A stretch of 32,000 nt of DNA from an uncultured bacterium (GTDB lineage: Bacteria > Margulisbacteria > WOR-1 > CAVSGV01), in assembly GCA_963699255.1 (NCBI GenBank), contig OY969425.1, positions 960,001 to 992,000 on the forward strand, given 5' to 3'. The notes below the pieces were generated by a model. It saw nothing but the letters and a program-made list of their open reading frames with translations. It had not been told where the DNA came from and searched no databases. The translations under genes were made by a program, and so were the position numbers. Below are positions 14,235-23,589 of this stretch, one piece after another; position 1 is the first letter of the stretch, and each line of letters starts with the position of its first letter.

Positions 14235-15470
14235 TTAATGGTTCACGCCGTTTTCTTTCTTAAATTGAGCGACCAGAGCCGGGATATCCAGATACGCGCG
14301 CATCGAATCCGTACAGCAGAAGAATTTTTTCGCGTTCTTATCCACGTATTTTTTTATCGCGGGGAAATCGTCCTGAAGTTTCAGCAGCTGGACCATCGCC
14401 TCTTTCATTAAGAACATCTTGATAAGTTTCTTTTCGTCTCCCGTGGCGCCGTCGTGATCAAAAAAGCGGGACAGGGGCTTTTCCAATACCTGATAATAGA
14501 AAGGATCCACAAAACCCCTGAAATGTTGCATGGTGTCGATCTTTGCCGCCGCAACATACGAATATGTCCTGAGGACAAGCGGATCGTCCGCCCATGTAAG
14601 CGCTTTCAGGTTCTTTATATATTGTCCGTATTCACCCGCAAAACAGACGTATTTATCCACATTAGATAAATAGGCTGCTCCAATCTCCTTTTTTACGTCC
14701 GAGCCGGCTTCAGACATCGCCTGATTAATGACTCTCGAGACTTTCCTGTCCGCGATATTCCCTTCTATGATCGCAATGTCATTATTTATTGCCCGCTCTC
14801 GCAGATAATTGAATGATTCCATGGTGAACAGCCACTCGTTCTGGTAAGGCTTAAGGGACGTCTCCCCTGTCCAAATATGAAAGAACGAATACAGGAATAT
14901 ATCCCTCAGGAATCTTTTTTCAGGGTTGGTCAACATTTCCGTTAACAGGGCGAATTCTTCCGCGTCTTTTATTGCACCCCTTGCATACTGGAGATTTTTC
15001 TGGGCTATCATCATATTACCACAACCCTCGTTTTTTATGGGATCGCTGATATCAAAAATATGCTTCGAGATCGCGCTCAAGAGTTCGTTATCATCCTGAA
15101 TGGCAATGTTTCGTGCCTCCTTGATGAGCATGGCGCTTTTTGCAAAAGCAAGGAATTCAAAAGGATTCTTTGTGATCTTTAATAATGTCTTTATCGCCGA
15201 AAGGTGGTCGGCAACATCAACGGAAACATCCACTATTATCGATTTCTGCGGCTTAATTTTGCATATGTGATCGAAGTTCTGATGGCTGCCGATCCCTAAA
15301 TATATCCCTTTTGTCTCCCTCTGACCATAAGTAAATCCGGACAATCTTTCATTGGAATGGATGTCTCCAAATCCCCCGCTTTCAAACCCCACCGTACATC
15401 CCGGCGGACGTATCTTCTTAATATAAGCGGGAGCCTTTATTCTCGTAACCGCCTTTGAAAATATGCTCAT
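14235..15470 (-). CDS. Hypothetical 411-aa cytoplasmic protein, no confident family
   Basis: Long ORF with normal composition and no TM or signal peptide. N-terminal ...YLGIGSHQNFDHICKIKPQKSIIVDVS... has a Rossmann-like strand-loop-helix flavour. Function unknown. Confidence 0.6.
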   Translation of the reverse strand: MSIFSKAVTRIKAPAYIKKIRPPGCTVGFESGGFGDIHSNERLSGFTYGQRETKGIYLGIGSHQNFDHICKIKPQKSIIVDVSVDVADHLSAIKTLLKITKNPFEFLAFAKSAMLIKEARNIAIQDDNELLSAISKHIFDISDPIKNEGCGNMMIAQKNLQYARGAIKDAEEFALLTEMLTNPEKRFLRDIFLYSFFHIWTGETSLKPYQNEWLFTMESFNYLRERAINNDIAIIEGNIADRKVSRVINQAMSEAGSDVKKEIGAAYLSNVDKYVCFAGEYGQYIKNLKALTWADDPLVLRTYSYVAAAKIDTMQHFRGFVDPFYYQVLEKPLSRFFDHDGATGDEKKLIKMFLMKEAMVQLLKLQDDFPAIKKYVDKNAKKFFCCTDSMRAYLDIPALVAQFKKENGVNH

Positions 15471-15635
15471 GATATCTTCTTATCGATAAAATCAATGAAA
15501 AATCCCACTTTTCACAGCGGATCCCCGCGCGAAGCAACACTACTGGTCAGAAAAGCCATGCCTCCAAAACAATGCAAGTTTACGGCGCCATCTCCCGATA
15601 TATATCATGGAAGATGAAGCAAAGGAGATGTGCAA

Positions 15636-15887
15636 ATGAGCGGATCAATAAGCGGATTATCCTTAAATTCCAGTACCGCAATATCAAGTGCGCAAGACGA
15701 GACGAATTTATTCGATGCGATCAACAGCATCGCCACAAGTTCATCGTCAGATTCGGATTCGGATGCTATTGATTCCATGGCTTCATCCCTGAATAGTTCA
15801 GCGCCATCCAGCACAAGCACAAGCGGTACCAGCTCTGTATCAAATCCCTTTTCAACTTCGGGGACGATAACGAACACCATAGCTTAG
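15636..15887 (+). CDS. Hypothetical Ser/Thr/Asp-rich acidic small protein (83 aa), no Cys
   Basis: ATG 15636 lies 9 nt after SD AAGGAG. MSGSISGLSLNSSTAISSAQDETNLFDAINSIATSSSSDSDSDAIDSM... is low complexity. The mirror ORF on the other strand has a worse SD. Could be non-coding. Confidence 0.35.
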   Translation: MSGSISGLSLNSSTAISSAQDETNLFDAINSIATSSSSDSDSDAIDSMASSLNSSAPSSTSTSGTSSVSNPFSTSGTITNTIA

Positions 15888-15944
15888 GAACGCCGCTCCC
15901 TCGTTTTGCTCATGCTCCCGCCGAAAAAACCAAAACGCCTTCAA

Positions 15945-15973
15945 TTTACATTGCTTATTTTATTCACTATAAT
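15945..15973 (+). promoter_or_regulatory. Near-consensus sigma-70 promoter positioned for a leaderless rpoN mRNA
   Basis: TTTACA (15945-15950), 17-nt spacer, TATAAT (15968-15973), then GCCCAC, then ATG at 15980. No SD is present. Confidence 0.5.
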
Positions 15974-15979
15974 GCCCAC

Positions 15980-17347
15980 ATGAACAAACTGGGGCTCGGA
16001 TATGAACTTAACCTCTCAAATACGCTTGAGCTGATGCTCTCGCCGCGCATGATCCAGATGCTCAGGATGCTGAACCTCTCCTATGTGGAGCTTGTGGAGG
16101 AGATAGAGAAAAGATCCGAAGAGAACGTGATGCTGGAGCTGGAACACCCGGACAGGCTGCTGGAATACCTGAAGCACATAAGCACCGAGAGGATATCTAA
16201 AAAGGAGATCCCTTATGAAGAGCTGCCGGGAATAGAGAGCCTGGCCGACACGGCAGAGACCCTTGAGGACCACCTCCTCAAGCAGCTTGATCTTGAAGAG
16301 CTGAATGAAAAGAAAAGAAAGATCGCTGAATTCATCATAGGCAGTATCGACACGAGAGGTTATCTGCAGAATTACGAGCAGATCAGCGGAGCGATAAAAA
16401 AGGAACTGGGCGCGAGCCAGAATGAGATAGACAGCACGCTGGAGGTGATCCAGGATCTGGAGCCGGATGGCGTGGGAGCAAGGGCCCTGAAGGAATGCCT
16501 CCTTATACAGGTAAGGGAATACAACTTTGAAAGCGAAGAACTGGAAGATTTGCTGACAAAGGCGATAGAGGACCACCTGGATGACTTCGCGGAAAAGAAA
16601 TTCGACAGGATCGCGAAAGCGCTGAAGATCGGAAGGGACGGCGCCGAAAAGCTCGCCGAGTTCATAAAGAACAACCTCAATCCCAACCCGGGATCGATGT
16701 TCGCCGAGAGGCTTCCCTGCGTGATCCCTTCTTTTTCGATCGTAAAAGAAAAGGACAAATACAAGGCCGTTAACCTGGAAAAGACCTACGGCCCGTCGCT
16801 CAAGATCAGTCCCGTGTATGAAAAAATGCTGAGAGACCCGAAAACCGACGCGAAGAGCCTTGAATTCCTGAAGGAAAAACTTGAAGCGGCAAAGGATTTC
16901 CTGGAGAACATCGCGAAACGGCATGAAACGATCGAAAAAATACTTGACCTGATAATCGCGGCCCAGAGCGGATCTTTTGAAGGCGGCAAGCTTAAGTTGA
17001 ACCCTCTTATGCAAAAGAACATCGCAAAGGACCTCGGCCTTCACCCGTCCACCATCTCAAGGGCGATCGCGAACAAATATATACAGACCCCCCGCGGGAT
17101 CATCCTCCTGAAAACCCTCTGCCCCCGGGAGATAAAAGGCACGACCGGCGAAAAGATCCATAAGCTTATACAGGTCATCATCGATTCGGAAGACAAAAAA
17201 GATCCGCTGACGGACGAGGAGATAGCCGAAAAGCTGAAGAGCGACGGCCTGTACCTTGAGAGAAGGACCGTGGCTCTGTACAGGAAAAAGCTGGGATTTG
17301 AAATAGCTTCGAAAAAGAGTGAAATTTTAAGTCGGAACATACGATAA
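15980..17347 (+). CDS. rpoN: RNA polymerase sigma-54 factor
   Basis: 455 aa. Region I LELMLSPRMIQMLRMLNLSYVELVEEI, HTH ...HPSTISRAIANKYIQTPRG..., RpoN box RRTVALYRKKLG. Confidence 0.93.
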   Translation: MNKLGLGYELNLSNTLELMLSPRMIQMLRMLNLSYVELVEEIEKRSEENVMLELEHPDRLLEYLKHISTERISKKEIPYEELPGIESLADTAETLEDHLLKQLDLEELNEKKRKIAEFIIGSIDTRGYLQNYEQISGAIKKELGASQNEIDSTLEVIQDLEPDGVGARALKECLLIQVREYNFESEELEDLLTKAIEDHLDDFAEKKFDRIAKALKIGRDGAEKLAEFIKNNLNPNPGSMFAERLPCVIPSFSIVKEKDKYKAVNLEKTYGPSLKISPVYEKMLRDPKTDAKSLEFLKEKLEAAKDFLENIAKRHETIEKILDLIIAAQSGSFEGGKLKLNPLMQKNIAKDLGLHPSTISRAIANKYIQTPRGIILLKTLCPREIKGTTGEKIHKLIQVIIDSEDKKDPLTDEEIAEKLKSDGLYLERRTVALYRKKLGFEIASKKSEILSRNIR

Positions 17348-17398
17348 TATAGCGTCAAAACACCTATTCGCAAGGCCTTGACGGAAGCGGGAGAAAAA

Positions 17399-18832
17399 AT
17401 GACCGACGGTAAAGCAGACATATTGATAGTTGAAGATGAAAAAAACGTAAGAGCCGCGCTCTCCCTTGCTCTCTCGGATAAATACAACCTCTTTTCGGCA
17501 TCCGACGGGAAAAAGGCCCTCGAAATGATCTTTGAAAGGAACATCGACCTGGTGCTTCTGGACATAAGGCTTCCCGAAGTGAACGGGATGGACGTCCTTA
17601 AACAAATAAAGGACATGAGCAGCTCGATCCCGGTGATAATGCTTACGGCAGTCAGGACCGTTGATTCCGCCGTATCAGCCATGAAGCTCGGCGCCTACGA
17701 TTACGTGATAAAGCCTTTTGACATAAACGAACTGATGGCGCTGATCGAAAAAGCGCTTGAAAAAAGGAACCTTGAAAAGGAGAACGTTTTTCTGAAGAAC
17801 GAGCTTGAGAAGACCGGCGGCTTTGAAAAGATCATAGGCATGAGCGAGAAAATGAGGGAAATTTTCAAGCTGATAAAAAGCGTGGCGAGAGGCGACGCAA
17901 CGGTGCTTATCACAGGAGAGTCCGGGACCGGCAAGGAACTTGTCGCGAGGGCGATACACCACCAGAGCAAGAGGGCAAAAAAACTGTTCGTCCCGGTGAA
18001 CTGCGCGGCGATCCCCGAGAACCTTCTCGAGTCCGAGCTCTTCGGCTATGAAAAGGGCGCTTTTACGGGGGCGTATGAGCGGCGTCTGGGTAAATTCGAG
18101 ATCGCCAACGGCGGAACGATATTCCTGGATGAGATAAGCACAATGCCGCTCCCAATGCAGGCAAAGCTACTCAGGGTCCTTCAGGAGCGCGTCATAGACA
18201 GGGTGGGCGGCACGATCCAGGTAGAGATCGACGTGAGAGTGATCTCCGCCACGAATTCGGACCTTAAACAGGAGGTCGACAACAAAAAATTCAGGGGCGA
18301 CCTGTTCTACAGGCTTAACGTGATCCCGATGGTCATCCCTCCGCTCAGGGAGCGAACGGAAGACATACCTCTGCTGGTGAACTATTTCCTTGATAAGTAC
18401 AACAAGGAGTTCGGCAAAAAGATAAAAGAGTTCGACGCTGATGCCATGCACGTTCTCACTTCCTATCCCTGGCCGGGCAACGTCAGGGAACTGGAGAACC
18501 TGATAGAGCGGCTCGTGGTCCTGAGCGACAGGAACATTATCACAAAAGACAAGCTCCCTCCCGAGATATACAAAAAGCTGATGGACGAACACGCGAAAAG
18601 ATTCGAAATGGACTTCATAAAACAAGCCATACAAAAATCCAACTTGAACGAACGGCAGCTGAAAGCGATAGAACTCGTCAAAAGCCAGGGGAAGATAACG
18701 AAGCAAACCTATATCAAGCTGACCAACACCCCGAAAACCACTGCTTTCAGGGACCTGCATACGCTCGTAAAGCTCCACATATTGACCCAGAAAGGCATCG
18801 GAAAGAGCTCCTGCTACACGCTCTCGGATTAG
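17399..18832 (+). CDS. Sigma-54-dependent response regulator (NtrC-type bEBP) with atypical winged-helix C-terminal domain
   Basis: Start at ATG 17399 (SD GGGAG; the track uses an upstream TTG). REC domain (VEDE..., [16 protein letters not shown]). Intact AAA+ core: [36 protein letters not shown]. The C-terminus [59 protein letters not shown] is not a Fis-type HTH. Confidence 0.9.
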   Translation: MTDGKADILIVEDEKNVRAALSLALSDKYNLFSASDGKKALEMIFERNIDLVLLDIRLPEVNGMDVLKQIKDMSSSIPVIMLTAVRTVDSAVSAMKLGAYDYVIKPFDINELMALIEKALEKRNLEKENVFLKNELEKTGGFEKIIGMSEKMREIFKLIKSVARGDATVLITGESGTGKELVARAIHHQSKRAKKLFVPVNCAAIPENLLESELFGYEKGAFTGAYERRLGKFEIANGGTIFLDEISTMPLPMQAKLLRVLQERVIDRVGGTIQVEIDVRVISATNSDLKQEVDNKKFRGDLFYRLNVIPMVIPPLRERTEDIPLLVNYFLDKYNKEFGKKIKEFDADAMHVLTSYPWPGNVRELENLIERLVVLSDRNIITKDKLPPEIYKKLMDEHAKRFEMDFIKQAIQKSNLNERQLKAIELVKSQGKITKQTYIKLTNTPKTTAFRDLHTLVKLHILTQKGIGKSSCYTLSD

Positions 18833-18854
18833 CGCCCGGAATCCAGTCCACTTA

Positions 18855-18895
18855 GGACCGCAAACGGACCGCAAAACGGACCGCAAAACGGAAAC
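18855..18895 (+). repeat. Tandem direct repeat GGACCGCAAA(A)C x3 plus a partial unit
   Basis: GGACCGCAAAC (18855-65), GGACCGCAAAAC (18866-77), GGACCGCAAAAC (18878-89), GGAAAC (18890-95). Non-coding, 23 nt after the bEBP stop. Confidence 0.85.
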
Positions 18896-18930
18896 TCATC
18901 ATATTTACCCGCGTCCATTATGGCTTTATT

Positions 18931-18946
18931 TGGTATGATAATTGCT
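18931..18946 (+). promoter_or_regulatory. Putative sigma-54 (-24/-12) promoter
   Basis: TGGTATGATAATTGCT has GG and GC at exact consensus spacing (TGGYA-N6-TTGCT). It lies 54 nt upstream of ATG 19000. Confidence 0.55.
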
Positions 18947-18999
18947 ATATAATAGATGGAACCAATGTTTAGGCACGATCCTATAAAGGAGTGATCTAC

Positions 19000-19401
19000 A
19001 TGGCAAGGCTTGAGCCCGGTGAGCAGAATGAACAAAAAGAGATGAACCCGAAGTTCCTTTCCGTGATCCTTGACAGGGATTTCCAGAAACAGCAACTCGA
19101 GGAAAAAGACAGATCAAAGGTGGAGCTGTTCGAGCGCGGGCTCGCGTGTGAGCTATTAACGTCCGATACCATCGACAGGTCCGTGGAAAAGATAGTGAAA
19201 ATGGCCCTTGCCTGCGAATTCGGCGCGGAGCTGGTAACAAAACCGGCCGCAAAAAAAATGGTCTCCGTTATAAGCCGCGGCATCCTGTCGGACAGGGATC
19301 TGAGGAGATCCGCTCTTATCATAGCCGACAGGTTCGCGACCAGCAGGAAGACCAAGATCGTGCCTCTTAGGGGGAAGGGAAAGTCCGTGATAAATGGCTG
19401 A
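19000..19401 (+). CDS. Hypothetical 133-aa protein, translationally coupled to the degenerate bEBP
   Basis: ATG 19000 behind SD AAAGGAG (the track starts at an upstream GTG). MARLEPGEQNEQKEMNPKFLSVILDRDF...; predicted helical and soluble. Its 3' end overlaps the next start by 8 nt. Confidence 0.6.
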   Translation: MARLEPGEQNEQKEMNPKFLSVILDRDFQKQQLEEKDRSKVELFERGLACELLTSDTIDRSVEKIVKMALACEFGAELVTKPAAKKMVSVISRGILSDRDLRRSALIIADRFATSRKTKIVPLRGKGKSVING

Positions 19402-20698
19402 TATTAAACCAGTAATACTTGTCGTCGATGACGAAACGAACATAAGAGAATCTTTCACCCTCATTCTGGAGAAAGAATTCAATGTGATCACCGCCGCCTC
19501 AGGAGAAGCCGCGCTTAAAAGGATCATAGACGAGAAGGTCGACCTGGTATACCTCGACATAAGAATGCCGGGAATGAACGGCATGGAAACGCTTAAGAGG
19601 ATAAAAGAAATAGACAGCAGCATTGAAGTTATAATGGTCACCGCACTGAATGACGTTGGAGGCGCGGCCGCCGCGATCAAGCTCGGGGCCAAAGATTACA
19701 TCGTAAAGCCTTTCGACGTGAAGGATATCCTGAACAGGACGAGAAGCTTTGTGATAAAAGCCCAGACAAAAGCCATAAAGCCGCCAATGGAGGATGAACT
19801 GATAGGCAACAGCAGGCAGATCCAGAACATAAGGAAAGTTGTGGAGCAGCTATCGCAAAAGGGCTCTTCCGTACTGATCATCGGGGAGAAGGGACTCGAA
19901 GCCGAACAGATCGCCGCGATCGTGAACGGCGAATCCGAAAAGGAACTGAAGAAGCTGGACGCGTCTTCCGATCTCGGAAGTTGGGTCCTTTTTGGGCGCG
20001 AGAAGGGTTCTTTCACGTCTGAGTTCGAAAAAGAAGCCGGCATGCTGGAGGAAGCGAACGGTGGCATACTGTTCATAAGGAACATAGAACTCCTTCCCAT
20101 GGACGTTCAGAAAAAGCTGGGACAGGCGCTTTCAAAAAAAGAATTTTCCCGCGACGGCTCCTCTGCGGCGATACACGTGGACTTGAGGGTTATAGCGGAA
20201 ACATCCGCAGATCCGGCTGAACTCATAAAAGAAGGCAGCTTTGACAGGGACCTTTATAACGCCATAAGCAGAACGGTGATCGAGCTGCCTCCGCTCAGGA
20301 TGAGGGAAAGCGACATACCGATACTGATAAACCACTATGTTGATAAATTTTCGATCAAATACGACAGGCAATTAAAAGTATCCCCCGAAGCCCTTGAAAT
20401 ACTCGCGGGCTATCCATGGCCCGGGAATCTGGCCGAGCTGTCGAACGTTATAGAGGCGATCATGCTGTCGAGCAAAAAGGAAGTGCTGGAACCGGACGAT
20501 CTCCCCCTGGATATCCTGATAAAAAGCCCCGCCGGAGGAAGGCCATTCACGACGCTTGAGAATATCGAAGGAAAGTTCGAAAAAGCCCATATCCTTAGCG
20601 TTTATAAAAAAGCCGGGGAAAGCAAAGAGAAGGCTTCGGCAATGCTCGGTATAGGGCTGAAGACCCTGGAATCCAAGCTTGAATCGATCAACGCCTGA
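19394..20698 (+). CDS. bEBP-like response regulator with degenerate AAA+ domain (predicted ATPase-dead, sigma-54-contact loop lost)
   Basis: REC domain intact (VVDDE, LVYLDIRMPGMNG, KPF) and Fis-type HTH intact (KEKASAMLGIGLKTLESKL). Colinear with the neighbouring bEBP, but Walker A GESGTGKE is GEKGLEAE, GAFTGA is GSFTSE, Walker B FLDEI is FIRNI, and sensor-[10 protein letters not shown] is GNLAELSN. Confidence 0.85.
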   Translation: MADIKPVILVVDDETNIRESFTLILEKEFNVITAASGEAALKRIIDEKVDLVYLDIRMPGMNGMETLKRIKEIDSSIEVIMVTALNDVGGAAAAIKLGAKDYIVKPFDVKDILNRTRSFVIKAQTKAIKPPMEDELIGNSRQIQNIRKVVEQLSQKGSSVLIIGEKGLEAEQIAAIVNGESEKELKKLDASSDLGSWVLFGREKGSFTSEFEKEAGMLEEANGGILFIRNIELLPMDVQKKLGQALSKKEFSRDGSSAAIHVDLRVIAETSADPAELIKEGSFDRDLYNAISRTVIELPPLRMRESDIPILINHYVDKFSIKYDRQLKVSPEALEILAGYPWPGNLAELSNVIEAIMLSSKKEVLEPDDLPLDILIKSPAGGRPFTTLENIEGKFEKAHILSVYKKAGESKEKASAMLGIGLKTLESKLESINA

Positions 20699-21354
20699 TG
20701 GCCTCAAGACTTATCCCGATAGACCTCCTTATCCTTGACTTTGACGGCACGCTTACGGACTCGATCCCGCCCGCGGTCGCCGCGATACAGAAAATGCTCA
20801 AAAAACTGGGCCTTCCCTACAGATCAAAGAAAGAGATCAATGAACACGTCGGCTACGGAGAGCCCCCGCTTCTTGAAGGGTCAACAGGTTCCAAAGACCC
20901 GGAGCTGCTGAAGAAAGCGATGAGCACCTATGAGAAGATATATATGAAAGAAGGGATCAAAAAAGTCACATTATATCCCCACGTGAAGGGATTCCTTGAA
21001 TATTTCAAAGATAAGCCAAAAATTATCGTTTCCAACAAAAAAGATCTTTTCATAAAAATGATACTCAAGAACCTGGGGTTGACGAAGTATTTTAAAGAAA
21101 TTCATGGAGGGGATACCCTGCCCTGCCTTAAGCCGGACCCGCACGCGATAAACATCATGATAAAGAAATACCGGGTTTCGAGGAATCGGGTGTTGTTCAT
21201 CGGGGACATGACGGTGGACATCGAGACCGGAAAGAACGCGCATGTGCGCACATGCGCTGTGACCTACGGATTTGACAGCGTGAGCAAATTAAAGAAGCAC
21301 AAGCCTGATATCCTGATCGATAATCTGATGGAGCTGAAGGATCTGATAGAATGA
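20698..21354 (+). CDS. HAD-superfamily hydrolase, phosphoglycolate-phosphatase-like
   Basis: Motif I ILDFDGTLTDS, motif II IVSNK, motif III/IV K...FIGDMTVDIETGKNA. TGATG overlap with the preceding gene. Confidence 0.85.
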   Translation: MASRLIPIDLLILDFDGTLTDSIPPAVAAIQKMLKKLGLPYRSKKEINEHVGYGEPPLLEGSTGSKDPELLKKAMSTYEKIYMKEGIKKVTLYPHVKGFLEYFKDKPKIIVSNKKDLFIKMILKNLGLTKYFKEIHGGDTLPCLKPDPHAINIMIKKYRVSRNRVLFIGDMTVDIETGKNAHVRTCAVTYGFDSVSKLKKHKPDILIDNLMELKDLIE

Positions 21355-21355
21355 A

Positions 21356-21440
21356 TGCCCAGAGTCGGACTCGAACCGACATGACCTATTCGGTCAAGGG
21401 ATTTTAAGTCCCTCGCGTCTACCAATTCCGCCATCCGGGC
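21356..21440 (-). tRNA. tRNA-Leu (anticodon UAA)
   Basis: Hand-folded cloverleaf: acceptor GCCCGGA/TCTGGGC plus discriminator A, D arm GCG-GAATTGGTAGA-CGC, anticodon arm AGGGA-CTTAAAA-TCCCT, long variable arm GACC-GAAT-AGGTC, T arm GTCGG-TTCGAGT-CCGAC. CCA is not encoded. Confidence 0.9.
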
Positions 21441-21465
21441 TGGTAAAAGAAAGCGGCCGGAGCTC

Positions 21466-21912
21466 CTAAAACTTCTTGGGTTTCTTGCCTTCCTGTTTTA
21501 CCTGTATGTTCCGCTTCCAATCAAGCAGTTTTTCTTCGCTCTGTTTCAGGAAATTGGTCATCTTTTCCTCGAAAGAATTGGAGAATTTCCTCGGTTCGCG
21601 CCTTTCATATCTCCTTGGGCCGCCCGCCGGGCCGCCCGCCGACTGGCCGGGCCTGTCGAATTTCTTCTCTTCCCGCTTCTCCAGCTGCTTTATCGAGAGG
21701 TCATACTTGCCGTCCTTGGTCACGCCTATGACCCTTACCTTAACGGTGTCCCCTACTTTTAAATGCTGGGCCACGTCCGTGACATAAGTGTTCGATATCT
21801 GCGAAATATGGATAAGCCCCACGTTCCTTTCGCCAAGATCAACGAACGCGCCGAATTTCATGATGCCCGTCACGCGTCCCTCAACGATACTGTCAACTGC
21901 TATAGACCCCAT
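21466..21912 (-). CDS. S1 RNA-binding domain protein (YabR-like)
   Basis: N-terminal S1 fold VEGRVTGIMKFGAFVDLGERNVGLIHISQISNTYV...VGDTVKVRVIGV, basic disordered tail. The order ftsB/divIC, S1 protein, tRNA mirrors the Bacillus divIC-yabR-tRNA arrangement. Confidence 0.85.
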   Translation of the reverse strand: MGSIAVDSIVEGRVTGIMKFGAFVDLGERNVGLIHISQISNTYVTDVAQHLKVGDTVKVRVIGVTKDGKYDLSIKQLEKREEKKFDRPGQSAGGPAGGPRRYERREPRKFSNSFEEKMTNFLKQSEEKLLDWKRNIQVKQEGKKPKKF

Positions 21913-21934
21913 ATTCTCCCCTCCCGAAGATCGA

Positions 21935-23580
<1,646 letters not shown>

Positions 23581-23589
23581 CCATATCGT

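Noticed and set aside
16016-17044. 342-aa minus-strand ORF opposite rpoN (also 16372-16764 and 17041-17682)
   Set aside because: Mirror ORFs created by the Lys/Glu/Leu-rich sense codons of rpoN and the bEBP gene. Their products are Leu/Phe/Arg low-complexity with no start context, and the sense genes are unambiguous.
18167-18886. 239-aa minus-strand ORF opposite the active bEBP, and the 18829-19095 / 18926-19252 minus ORFs across the repeat and promoter region
   Set aside because: These are antisense to a gene with every bEBP motif intact. The short ones simply translate the tandem repeat (FCGPFCGPF) and have no SD.
18855-18895. Tandem repeat considered as a CRISPR array or minisatellite
   Set aside because: The units are 11-12 nt with no spacers and there are no cas genes in the window. 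Position relative to a -24/-12 promoter fits an enhancer-type site better.
21356-21440. tRNA-Leu as an integration hotspot or genomic-island boundary
   Set aside because: No integrase, no direct repeat of the tRNA 3' end, and both flanks are housekeeping genes (HAD operon; S1/ftsB/eno).
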